From contig NC_068982.1 in the NCBI RefSeq assembly GCF_001194135.2, positions 169,596,581 to 169,660,580 of the forward strand: a stretch of DNA of 64,000 nucleotides, read 5' to 3'. Numbering within the stretch: the first letter of the stretch is position 1; each line of letters starts with the position of its first letter. The stretch is from Octopus bimaculoides. Its lineage: Eukaryota. The translations under genes were made by a program, and so were the position numbers. A model generated the notes under the pieces. That model searched no databases and had not been told where the DNA came from. It saw only the letters and a list, made by a program, of their open reading frames with translations. This document shows positions 36,873-48,959 of the stretch, in pieces.

Positions 36873-37150
36873 GGGTATATAGCGTAGTGATTACGAGTAC
36901 GGGCTACTAAACCCAAGATTCCGAGTTCGATTCCAAGCAGTGACCTGAATAATAATAATAATGATGATGATGATGATAATAATAATAATAATAATAATAA
37001 CATCGAGAATACCTTAGGAATGAGACCCAAGTACGAAATTTCCCCAAGACACCTGATGAAGGCTGGAGGGTATATCAACCGAAGCGTTGTGTTAACAACA
37101 AACAAAAAATGAGGACAAATATCCGTCAAATGTAAATAATGTAAATAATG
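36873..37150 (+). mobile_element. Short non-autonomous element: tRNA-like head + (TAA/TGA)n + hammerhead-like motif, homologous to the Penelope 3' end
   Basis: A-box TAGCGTAGTGA (36880-36890), B-box GAGTTCGATTCC (36923-36934), triplet spacer, then about 150 bp that is roughly 90% identical by eye to the reverse complement of 39080-39240. The hammerhead core is mutated (GAAA>GAAG; stem II CAGCC>CAACC). Confidence 0.8.
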
Positions 37151-39069
37151 AAAATGTACTTTATTTCATTCCATAGTAAAGACTTTGAGACGGAAATATG
37201 AGAAGAACAGATAACAACTTTGAACGTAGAAAAAGTGGGCAGTGTACAAAAAGGAGTATAATTTTCAAAGATGTTTCCTATAAAGACTGCTACTTTACAC
37301 AATCTCATTAAGACTTTACACAATCTCAAAAATCAAACACTTCAGAAATAATACAATTTCAAAAGAAATGATTAATTTCAGGTTTCTGTATACGGAACTT
37401 GCAAAAATTTTTAACTTTTCAAAATAAGCAAGGAATTTCTACGGCCGCTGATAGCCATTATTACTCGTTGAATGCACGAACGCAAAGGCGTCGGACTGCA
37501 TGATAACTAATACTGACTTTCTGTTTAACACGATAGAGGCCAATAGAATAAGCACTAACATTATATTGTGGTCAATTTAGTCTTCGTCTAGTATATGTGG
37601 TACTGTGCGAGGGTAAGAAAAAATAATGATGAAGGCATGGATTATACAGTTTTGGTGCATTGAAATATTATTTTCGTTTGTTCAAATCGTGTGAATTATG
37701 CACGCCAGACTACAGGTGAGCTCTATTTCTCTGGTAGCAAAATTTGTGTTTATTGACTGTGTTCTAGTTACACTTTGATGGAACCCAAAAGTACATTATG
37801 GCAGGATTTCAAGAAGAAATAAAAGATCAATACAAAGTTATATATATATATATATATATACTCAACTAGTTAAACAGTTTCCTGCCTCAGCACTTCTAGC
37901 AGTAGTTGTATATCGATAGTTATCTGAAGACTGTTCAGCTATCGTCATGACAAAACCTGCTACCACCCATATAACGTTTGATCCATTTCCAGCGGTAAGT
38001 AGTATCAAGAAACAAAAGCCTATATCATCAGTAGAATCCTCAAAACCTACTTAGGACCAGTTATGCCACATTAGAGGTAACTAAATCGTTACATTTATTA
38101 CAATTCTATAAATTTTTTCAATGAAATAAAATTTCCTTTGAAATACTGTTCTGTTAGAAGAATTGTGACACATTTTCGGAGACACTTATACAAGGAGATC
38201 AATATAATCGTTTGAATTTCAATTTCCTTTTGCATAGATGTTTCCGAAAACATCCGTTGGTCGCTTTTATCTTACAATACTGCTTCGGGAGTTGTTTCGA
38301 CTCATTTTAGGGTTGAGAATCGATTGCATGTATGATTGTTCTTGTGCAAGAAGGTCTTGCGTGTATATGCAAGTGTGAATATCTATGTTATATTCGAATG
38401 GTTTATATAATGAGATATAAGACGCGTGCACGCGTGCAAAGACGTGCATCTATATAATGCATACATACGTACACACACACACACACACACACATACATAC
38501 ATACATACTTACATACATATATACATATATGCAAACAAAAATATGCATCCACGCATACATTACCCATACACACATATATATCACATATACATGCATATAT
38601 GTATGTATATACATGTATTTATATACACACACACACACACATATATATATNNNNNNNNNNNNNNNNNNNNNNNNNNNNNNNNNNNNNNNNNNNNNNNNNN
38701 NNNNNNNNNNNNNNNNNNNNNNNNNNNNNNNNNNNNNNNNNNNNNNNNNNNNNNNNNNNNNNNNNNNNNNNNNNNNNNNNNNNNNNNNNNNNNNNNNNNN
38801 NNNNNNNNNNNNNNNNNNNNNNNNNNNNNNNNNNNNNNNNNNNNNNNNNNNNNNNNGATATAAACTGATTTCTTTCTTTGTTCTATTTAGGATTGCTTTA
38901 CTAACAACTGTGTCTAGGTCGTTTTATGCAAAATTTATGGGTATACTTTGGGTCGAGTTCTCGAATGTAATGAACATCGTTTTTTTTTTCTTTGCAGAGT
39001 GATTTCGGTTTCCTTCGATTTTCAGGTTTTTACAATAAATTGCATTTCTGTATTGATAGTTCTATATTT

Positions 39070-40385
39070 AAGAGATTAGGAATTATGTACATTATTTACA
39101 ATTGACGGATATTTGTCCTCATCTTGTTTGTTGTTAACACAACGTTTCGGCTGAAAAACCCTCCAGCCTTCATCAGGTGTCTTGGGGAAATTTCGAACCT
39201 GAGTTCTCATTCCTAAGGTTTTTTCGATGTTGTTATTATTATTATTCAGGTCAGTGCCTGGAATCGAACTCTTAACCAGTATGCCATATGCCCGTGGGCA
39301 ATTTTGGAGTGAATTTTAGGGCTTATAAATTTAATATTTTTCTATCCTTCCTTAATACTGGTTCCCATATGCTGTTCATATCTGCACTCGGTCTGTTTAA
39401 GAGGTTGTGTCCTAGCATATGTGCTGCTTCTTTTAGTTTTCGTATTTTCCAATGGTGATCTCTGTCTATTATTTTAACTTCATACCACAAGGGGAGGTGG
39501 TCTCCATTTTTCCATACCTGATCAGCTATACCCGATTTATGAATATCTCCCCGTGTCACAGCTTTGCGATATTACTGTATCCTTATTTTGAGGGGGCGAT
39601 ATGTTTCACCTTTGTATAACCTACCACAGCTGCATGGGATGGAGTACACGCAGTTCTTAGTCATATTCTCTTCTATTGGTGGTTTTACTCGAAGGAGATA
39701 TTTGCGAAGTGTTGTATTACTCTTGAATACTGTCCTGATGTCATATGGACTGCATATCTTTTGTATCTTTTCGGAGAGGCCTTTCACATAGGGTAAACAG
39801 ACTGTGGACAGTTTATCGGTTTCATCTTGTCTTTTCTTCATAATTGGAGAGGAGACTATGCTTTTGGAGTAGTTGTTGCTTAATAGATTGTGACTGAGCT
39901 TGATCATTTCTGCGTGGTGGGTATCACGATCGCTACTTATATTCTTTGCACGATGTTTTAGGCACTGAGCAATCCCTCTCTTTACACTGTATGGATGGTG
40001 GGAGTTGAAGTTGAGGTATCGCCCAGTGAAGGTCGGCTTGCGGTATACGGATGTCCTGAATCCATACTTGGTGCGTGTTATTAATACGTCCAGGAATGCC
40101 AGCTGATTGTCTTCTTCTTTTTCCATTGTGAACTGTATGAATGGCGTTATTGAGTTCACATGATCTAACAGCACTTGGACATCTTCCTGGTGGGGCCAGA
40201 GTATGAAGGTGTCATCAACATATCGCAGCTATAGGGTTGGATTTAGTGGTGCTGATCCTAAAGCCAAATTCTCAAAGTATTCTATGTATATATTGGCTAT
40301 TATCAATGATAATGGCGAACCCATAGCTAAACCCTCTTCTTGTCAATATATATCAGTGCCCAATACTGAAGTAAGTATTTTGTTT
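39070..40385 (-). mobile_element. 5'-truncated Penelope-like element (RT + GIY-YIG endonuclease + 3' pLTR-like end)
   Basis: QEEGLAMGSPLS, LRYVDDTF, IQFTMEKE...LAFLDV, VYRKPTFTGRYLNFNSHHP, GIY-YIG CVYSIPCSCGRLYKGET, RKLKEA. Single frame from about 40330 to the stop at 39323, with only two in-frame stops (TAG 40229-40231, TAA 39572-39574). Confidence 0.95.
39136..39181 (-). ncRNA. Minimal type I hammerhead ribozyme motif in the Penelope 3' end
   Basis: Sense strand GACAC-CUGAUGA-A-GGCUG(gagggttttt)CAGCC-GAAA-CG-UU-GUGUU. Stem I is GACAC/GUGUU, stem II is GGCUG/CAGCC, the palindromic AACGUU stands in for stem III, and cleavage is predicted after GUU. Penelope-like elements are known to carry such minimal hammerheads. 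Confidence 0.7.
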
Positions 40386-40512
40386 TATCATGATGTTGTG
40401 CATTGATTTGACATGTCTCGTTTATTATATGGTTTTAATTACATTTAAAGAAAAATAAAAGACAGATAGATCACGACTAGAACATCTTTGACAATACAAT
40501 ATCTCTTACTAA

Positions 40513-40730
40513 TAAGGCAGTGACCTGGCAGAACCATTAGCACGCTGGCCGAAATGCTTAGCGGTATTTCGTCTGTCTTTACGTTCTGAGTTCAAATTCC
40601 GGCGAGGTTGACTTTGCCTTTCATCCTTTCGGGGTCGATAAATTAAGTACCAGTTACGTACTGGGGTCGATCTAATCGACTGGCCCCCTCCCTTAAAATT
40701 TCGGGCCTTGTTCCTAGAGTAGAAGAATTT
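40513..40730 (+). mobile_element. SINE family A (best-preserved copy)
   Basis: GGCAGAACCATTAGCACGCTGGCCGAAATGCTTAGCGGTATTTCG...GAGTTCAAATTCC...TTCATCCTTTCGGGGTCGATAAATTAAGTACCAG. Confidence 0.92.
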
Positions 40731-42732
40731 TTCTAACAGAAACATTAGAACGTAAGACATAATACTGTATTTTTTCGGTTTTCTGCATACCGAGTTCAAA
40801 TCCCACCAAAGTTAATTCCGCCCTTCATCCTTTCATGGTCAATAATCTAAAGAGCCATTTCATGGCGGTGGATTAATGGTCCTTAACGTATTGGACCTGA
40901 TACCTTGTAGCGTTTGTTATGGCTGTTTGAGTTCTGAATTCTTGGAGTGTGGTTATCTTGGGTGGTGTAAGACCACCTCCTTGATATTTGGGTGCTTTTA
41001 GCACGCTTCACCCAATTGCCGCTATTCAAGATAAGGCTTGGTGTTTGATTTGGGGATAAATTCCTCTCATCTTACTACCAGTCTAGAAGGCCCCCGAAAA
41101 AATATAAGGTCATGAGCGCAGCCCATATCCCTCCTTAGTAAAATTATTAAAAAAAAATTGATAGATTCAACTAAACTCTCTTGAAATATCATACTTCTGA
41201 AGACGCATATGGCCAAGAGAGTTCAGTAATCTGTCTACAGTTTTCACAAACATGGATTCATTATAGAGTACGTCTGCTTCTTTTCAATCAACAATGATTA
41301 GAAAACTGATATTATGTATAATTTTTCAGAATTAATTGCCGATGACTTGGAAAAAGCTGATTGAAATATTAATGATGCTTTTTGGAAAGCTTATTTCTCT
41401 CACAACATTGCGAGTACGTGGGCAGTGGGGCACAACTCAACATCGTTTCGACCAGAGGCAGCCTGGAAGTATGTTGTATGTATACCGTGTGAAGTTTCTT
41501 TTTCAAAGTTTCACAGTCATAATAAATTAGATGAAGTTAATCCCAGTAGAAAACAAAGATAAAAAAAAGGTTAAAAAGCTAACATTGCAGAAGTATCTTA
41601 TACAATGAGCTCACACATTTTAAGAAGCTCTGTTTTACAACAACGTTATAAAATGATGTCCAATGGTTACCCTTCGGTTGTGTAGTCAAAAGTTTTTAAA
41701 GAAAGCAGCTTTATAATAATGTTGACCCAGGGTTACTATTGATGTTATGGCAGTATTGTAGTTGACTTTATTTATAACGATGCTATGTTGCTATTATAGA
41801 AGTAAAACAGAACTATTAGTGGATACCTCTTCAGCTGAAACCCACCAAAGGGTTTCATTGTATCTTTAAACAATACGCTTAATTCTACAGGCTCCAGCTC
41901 ATCCAACTGTTGGGAAAGGTATCGGAATTGCTAGGAATATTAGCCTGCAAGAGAATGGTTTCCTATTAAGGTGAAATTATGTGGCAGCGATGAATGGTAG
42001 TGGTGGTGGTGATGGTGGTGGGTGGGTGGTATATTTTAGCCGATGAATCGAAGCTAAGCACTGGCCCTCAAGACATTCTTTTGTTGTTGGAGGCAGTAAT
42101 ATTGCAATATATCGTTGATGTTAATACTGTTGCTGATATCGTCGATCTACCGTTGTTGCTACGAGCGTTTTTATTGAAATTACTTTTGCTGATGTTGATT
42201 GTTGTCCTATGACTGTTGTTCATATTTCCTTGCCGTGGCTTCTGCTGCTGCAGTTGTTAAACTGATGTACTATTTATTGCACTTGTCATTGTTGTTGTTG
42301 CTGCTTTTATAGCTGTTTTCGTATTTACATGTTTATTACTGTTTGGGCGGTTGTAAATGTTGTTATTGTTGTTGTTGCTGTTGGTGCTGTTATTGATATT
42401 GCAATAAACGATGCGACTGTTGTTGTTATTGTTTTTGTGGCTGCCATTGATTATGTTGTAGTTGATGTTTGTTGTTTTTACTATTTTTATTTATTATTTT
42501 TTTTAATTATAAAACTGTTAATGCTGCTGCTGATACAATTTCAAGCGTTCTTAACATTGGTGTTGTTGTTGTTTTTTAGTGGTGGTGCCGTTGATGATGA
42601 TGATGTTGATGGCGGCGGTGGTAGTATTTTTGTTCTTTTTTGCTTTTATCCTTGTGTTGCTGTTGTAGCTGTTTTCGTTTTCCCTATCATTTCTGTAGTG
42701 GTTGAACAAGAAGAAAGACGAAAATTGATTTC

Positions 42733-42843
<111 letters not shown>

Positions 42844-43021
42844 TGTCTGTCTGTCTATCTGTCTGTCATTCAAGATAACAAAAATAAGAAAAAATGCAAA
42901 ATGCAAAAGAACAGTAGTTATACTAACAATATCCCCCCGACCACCACTACCACCACCAACAGCAGCAGCAGCAGCACCACCACCACCACCACCACCATCA
43001 CGAGCAAGAGCTAACAATGGT

Positions 43022-43240
43022 GCCCTACGTGGTCATTTTATAGGCAAGAAGTAACAGCCAAATCTTCCTCAGAATTTTACTCTGTTGTCTTAAAAAGGAC
43101 AAAGAAACAATGGCTAATGTCATCCTAGATAAGCTATGTCTGCAAAGAAACAGAATAGTCATGACGGGAAGGCCTCTGATCTTTGATCATAAATCTGCTT
43201 TCTCAGAGCTGGCGTCTAGATAAACAGCAAAACAACATCG
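43022..43240 (+). repeat. Repeat family D
   Basis: AGAAGTAACAGCCAAATCTTCCTCA, GTCATGACGGGAA, TTTGATCATAAATCTGCT, TAAACAGCAAAACAAC. Confidence 0.7.
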
Positions 43241-44045
43241 ATCAGCACAAATAATAAGGCATCACTACTACAAATACAACATCTATCACATCACAACCAC
43301 TTATAGCAATACCTCAATACCAATGTCGATATCATCACTACTGCTATTCAACAATTACTAAGTACTACCAACACCATCACTGCTAGCATTAACCTACCAT
43401 TATTGCAAACACGATAATCACAACCACAACCACAACCACAACCTAGAAACATCCAGCATCACCACCCATTACCATTACTGCTTACATTACAAACAACTGT
43501 ACCATTATCTGCACTCTCACCTTCACAACTTCTAACACTACCCAAACTAGAAAGACAACAGTGAAACTACGACAACAACGACAATAGTTAGCTGGAATAT
43601 CAACATCAAATGCAAAACGAAACACCCAAAACCCCTCTCTTTACCTAAGCTGCTTATGTCCTTTGATGTTTACCGAAATGTAAGCGGAAGTCATTAAATT
43701 CAAGCACCGACAACTAAGTATTGGTAAAAGAGGATCGCGTGAAACATACGATTGAGGATATGCTAGTTGTAGATGTCGTTGGAGTTAGTGTTGGTGTTGT
43801 TGGTGTTGTTGGTGTTGGTGTTGATGGCGAAGTTGATAATTGGGTGGTGTTGGCAGTACTAATGATGGCAGTTTGTGGCGATGGTAGAGTTGTTTTGTTG
43901 ACAATGGAGAACTGTGGTGGTAGCGCCGGTGTTGTTGCGTGTTTGTAAATGTTATTGTCGTTGTTTAACCACAGGACAAACCCAATCGAGCAAATATAAG
44001 ATTGAATGCATTGAAACTGTGATCACTTCGTGTTTTGTTTTTCAG

Positions 44046-44057
44046 GTATATGAGAAA
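44046..44057 (+). other. Candidate 12-nt microexon GTATATGAGAAA
   Basis: Strong acceptor TGTTTTGTTTTTCAG ending at 44045 and perfect donor GTAAGT at 44058-44063; the length preserves frame. No other exon is identified. Confidence 0.3.
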
Positions 44058-44226
44058 GTAAGTGTGACTTGAAGAAGATTTAGTTATTATAGTTCCTAGA
44101 TCGAGTGACTACGTTGAGGCTCCCTCATTGGCTCAGGCTGTTGTAGCAGTTAGTGTTGTATTGGTGAGATTATCAGTGTTAGTTAGTGTGTTGTGTAGGT
44201 GATAGTGGCGATGATGATGATGCTAT

Positions 44227-44405
44227 TTTTGTTTAACTCCAGGTCCACCTCACCTGAGCAGATTTATGTTCAAAGATGTTCTATCCGGAACTGTCCTGGC
44301 TTTTCTCTTAAAGCATAGTGTAGCTGGTAATACTTTATCACGTGTCCGCTTCATTTTTCAAGGTGTTACGCGGGCGGAAATCTGGCTGTTATTTCCAACT
44401 GATGG
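44227..44405 (-). repeat. Repeat family D
   Basis: TGTTTAACTCCAGGTC start and ATCTGGCTGTTATTTCCAAC end, the reverse of the family D pattern. Confidence 0.65.
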
Positions 44406-45189
44406 ACTTATCATATATAAGATACCTTTTGGATCATAATGGTTATATTATAGTTTAAGCCCAGTTTAGATATTAACCATGAAAATCTATGGTGTTCCAA
44501 CCATATCCATCTTGCTTCTTTTTCTTTTATACTTGTGTCTACAACTACTAACGTATTCTTTAAGACAACAAGGTGTAATTCAAATGAGAATTGGCTGCAG
44601 TTTCTACGATGCCGAGCAACCACATAGAAGCTTTCTGGTTTTGGTAGCATACTGTAGTAATGATTATCAAAGTGGTAGTTGCATTTGTAATGGCTGTTGT
44701 GGACGAGCAGAAGTTGCGATTGTAGTAGTGCTGTTAGGGGTAGAAGTAGGAGTTATGCTATTGTTAGTGGTGAAAAGATGAGCCACAATGACAGTGAAGC
44801 TTTGTCTTTGTCTTAACCCATTAATACATAATTTCCTCCAAACAGCTCAGTCTGAAACTTACACAATACGACGTATTTATTTCAATTTTAAATACTGTTC
44901 ACATATTATTAATTTTTCATGTTTTCAAACTATTGTATAACAATCCTTTTATGGCATGTTTTAAAAATTCATATTTTTTATTTTTCTTGATATTTAATTG
45001 TAATTAATTTTAGAATGAAAATTAAGCTTCATGCATTAATAGGTAATACTGATAGTTTTAGCGGTTTACTGGAAATAAAGACGTCGATAGCATTAATGGT
45101 GCTAGTGTTTTGCTGTGGTGGTTGTGATCAAATTTTATGCAAATATAGTTTTGAGAAATTATCTTGATGTTGTTTTAGTTGTTGCTGTT

Positions 45190-45385
45190 GTCTTAGTTGT
45201 TATTTACTATCAGGTAAACCCGATCAAGCATACATATGATCAAAATACTCGATTTGGCAACCTTTTTAAAACCAAAATACATCTAGAACCACATTATCTA
45301 GGGCCTTCATTTTTTTTGGCAAGAGAGTAAAGTATAATTTAAGGGAGATTTTGCCGTTATTTCTGGTAAGGCAAGCGACAACGGC
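45190..45385 (-). repeat. Repeat family D
   Basis: TATGATCAAA in the middle and GGGAGATTTTGCCGTTATTTCTGG at the end. Confidence 0.6.
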
Positions 45386-48220
45386 ATAGAAACACTAAAG
45401 AAGTAGTTGATCTCTGAGTTAATTGAGGATCAAAGCAGATATCTCAATGGTTAGTGGTTCGTATTTTGTTTTCTGCACACTGCAACTGTATCCATGGTCA
45501 ATACATATCAATCCCAAGGGCGCAATTAACTTAACTAAAAGTAAGGTAGTAATGTGAAGTTGAGTATTTTGTTGTGTTGTTGCTGTTGTTTTGTGCTAGG
45601 TCAACCCTGGCAAACAAGCATCTGCTTAAAGGTATTTCACCAATGGTCGTCCCATATTTTTTTGTATATTTAGAACTACACCAATAAATGTAGCTTTCTT
45701 TAGTTAAGACAGCAGTATCTGATCCAATGAAATTAAGCCTATGTGTCTAGTAGATGGTGCAGTGTCTTGGTGGTTCGATGAATAAAGTTAGGAGGCTTTT
45801 TGCGCTCAGTGGCCTCCTTCAGAATTCAATAGGTTTGATCAAACATTGATGGAAATTTCAAAATACAAACAGTGAAGCAGATGATTTCATCCTTTGAGGG
45901 GAAGGGGAATAAAGCCATGTGTGAATTAATGATGGCTGCTTCGATAGAGTACAGGCCAAAGCGATAATGAGATATCAAACGTAAAGTTTTTCGTTATCTG
46001 TTTTTAGATTTTCAGGTAAGGCTGGAATTATAATTGTTATATTGGCCACAAAATCGCAATGATTTCAAGACATCTAAATGCATCAGCAATGAATTCCCAT
46101 TTCCAGGTTTACCATTACACTAAGAAATGCACTCGAAAATACTTTCTAAATCAACAATAGACAAACAGGTATCATACAGGATTCCCTTGGAATACATACA
46201 GAGAAACCTACCTTTAATACATAGATAACACAGATTAGATATAACTTTTATTTTTTGAAATAACATATGCATTTAGATATAAGCAAGACAATACAGCAAA
46301 TAAATTATTCAATTGATATGAACATTAAAACGACTATACATATATACATACTTACACACACACTCACACACACACGTATTTATATATATATATATATGTA
46401 TGTATATATAAATATATATATGTATATATATATATAAATAGATATAGATATATATGTGTATATACATACATGTATGTATCTATATATAATTATATATATA
46501 TATATATAAATATATATATATACACACACACAGACACACACATTCACACACACATATATGTAATTACTATTTAGATGCATATTCACATTTATCTAATTCT
46601 CTATCTAATCTGTCAGTCTATCTTTCTATACATCATTTTGTCTCTGTTTCTCTTTCTCTCTGCACAGTGACATGCGTATATCTATGGGAGAGAAGAAGCA
46701 TTAAAGATTTCCTCTCTATTCCATGACATTACATTTACATTATTTTCAAGAAATCGTTAAAAGAATGCATGGAATTCAATATAATTCCTAAATAAGATTA
46801 TTAAATTGTTATTTGGAATATTTTTTTTTCGCTTATTGAAATTAATATTATTTCAAATTGTAAGAACGTTCTTTCTTTATTTTCTTTGAAACATTAAAGT
46901 TACAGCAGTCGCAAATATGTAGATAACTAGATATAAAGATATATGGATAAGGAGAAAAATATGTAGGCATGGGGATATAAATAGATAAATTGATGAATTT
47001 ATCTATGCACTTATGAATCTATCTATATTTCTATCGCTCGTCATATATATATNNNNNNNNNNNNNNNNNNNNNNNNNNNNNNNNNNNNNNNNNNNNNNNN
47101 NNNNNNNNNNNNNNNNNNNNNNNNNNNNNNNNNNNNNNNNNNNNNNNNNNNNNNNNNNNNNNNNNNNNNNNNNNNNNNNNNNNNNTATATATATATATAT
47201 ATATATATATTCACAATAACAGTAATAAAGAAATAAAGAAAGAGAACTCAATACTGTAAAGTAGGATAGCTATTCAATTTGGTCGAATGAAAACAATGCC
47301 GGTGGCTACGTGTAGTTTCCTTACGCGACAGTTTAGCGTATTTCATCAGACAGTCATGCTGGAATAAAATTCAAGGTAATTACAAATAATGTTAAAAGAA
47401 GATAACACAAATCTCGTTTTGATCTCGCATCGTTACGAGCATTAGAGACATTAAAGCAAGCTTTCTATATAGATCAAAGGAATTCATCCTTGAGAGATCG
47501 AACGGAAATAATCTGCATCCAAAGCCTGCATATAAAGACAAGGTGATACCAAAATATCCAATACGCAATGCTAGATTAAATTCTAAAGGAAGATATGGAA
47601 CGATGACGGACTGGAGAACGGTTAGAAGGGTAAGTGCCGCACTGGTATTACTGCAAGTATCGTTCTCAGAAATCGTATATTCGCTCGCCATTCATAAACT
47701 GTAATGATGTTGGCAGGTAAATGGCGATGCAAATTACCTACATGAAATGTTGAATCGATACAGGGACTTTACTAAACTAGGAACAGAGCAATTTAATGTA
47801 TGACCTTGTGACAAGCTTCCTCTTATGTTTATTGACTATTTATAACATACACATAGCATTAGGTGCAGCAATTTTTATGTTACCAGTGAGAAATACGAAA
47901 ATAAGACAGAACGATAAAAACATAACAAAGGCCAAAATATCCAGCAACATAAGCAGTATACGATGTATACTTTTGTAGGCTTGTCTCTTGTCTTAGAGAG
48001 TAGCATGCCTCTGCTTTGCAGACTGAGCCTAATGTTTTGAAAAGTAGATGTGTATAATATATGGACTCCTGTAACTTGATATATAATTAATGTCATCGCA
48101 TTTGTGGATACAAAAATAGTGTTTTTGAATTTATAAAATACTCGGTTTTAATTCAAGGGCACACGCACCATGATAATTCTGAAACCGCATTAGTATTTAA
48201 AAAAATCCCAAATTATTCAT

Positions 48221-48365
48221 AAGGTGCAGGCATAGTAGTGTGGTAAGAGCATGCTTCCCAACCATATTGTTCCGGGTTCAGTACCACTGTGTAGTACCTT
48301 CTACAAAAGCCACAGGTCGATCAAAGCCTTGTGAGTGGATATGTGAGAAACTAAAAGAAGCCCGT

Positions 48366-48404
<39 letters not shown>

Positions 48405-48450
48405 TATAGTTTTAGGGAAAATAACCAATTTTCAAGAACTNNNNNNNNNN

Positions 48451-48494
<44 letters not shown>

Positions 48495-48707
48495 TGTGTC
48501 TCCTCACTACCGCTTGACACCCGGTCTTGGTTGCTTATGTCCCTATAACTTAGCGATTCGGCAAAAGAACTGATAGAATGAGAACCAGCCTTAACAAAAT
48601 TAAGTACTGAGGTCGATTCATTCGACTAATAAATTCTTCGTGGAGGTGCTCCGGCATGGCTGCAGTCTAATGACTGAAGCAAGTAAAAGATAAACGATAA
48701 AAGATAA
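48221..48707 (+). mobile_element. SINE family B (full-length, central microsatellite and a 10-N gap)
   Basis: Head GGTGCAGGCATAG..GTGTGGTAAGAG..TGCTTCCCAACCA..CCGGGTTCAGT; tail GGAGGTGCTCCGGCATGGCTGCAGTCTAATGACTGAAGCAAGTAAAAGATAAA. Confidence 0.9.
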
Positions 48708-48959
48708 GGAATACCTATAATTTCTGGTATAAGTTCCAAAAGTCTAATTTAGAATCCGGTTAAATTGGGCGTAGTCATGATCGTAAAAAGTGCCTTCCAG
48801 TAATTAGTTACGTTATGTTCCGTTAAGTTCAGTTTTCAAATCCTGTTAATACTAAATGTCATCTCCATTGATGCTGAGTCGAAAATTAAGCACTTTCAAG
48901 AATTTACATGGATAAAAATTTGTGACATACTGTCTGTTTCAAAAAATATTAAGAATAAC

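Noticed and set aside
36873-36945. tRNA gene
   Set aside because: A and B boxes are present, but there is no acceptor-stem pairing or T-run terminator and it is fused to repeat sequence; treated as a SINE-like head. The same applies to the SINE A, B and C heads.
40370-40376. Perfect donor GTAAGT on the plus strand
   Set aside because: It is the antisense of the Penelope RT codons (TYF), so coincidental.
42275-42287. 13-nt match to the 5' end of miR-92 (TATTGCACTTGTC)
   Set aside because: The match breaks after 13 nt, there is no precursor hairpin, and it lies in low-complexity sequence.
46008-46015. Possible 8-nt microexon TTTTTAG|ATTTTCAG|GTAAGG
   Set aside because: Not frame-preserving and easily produced by chance in T-rich DNA.
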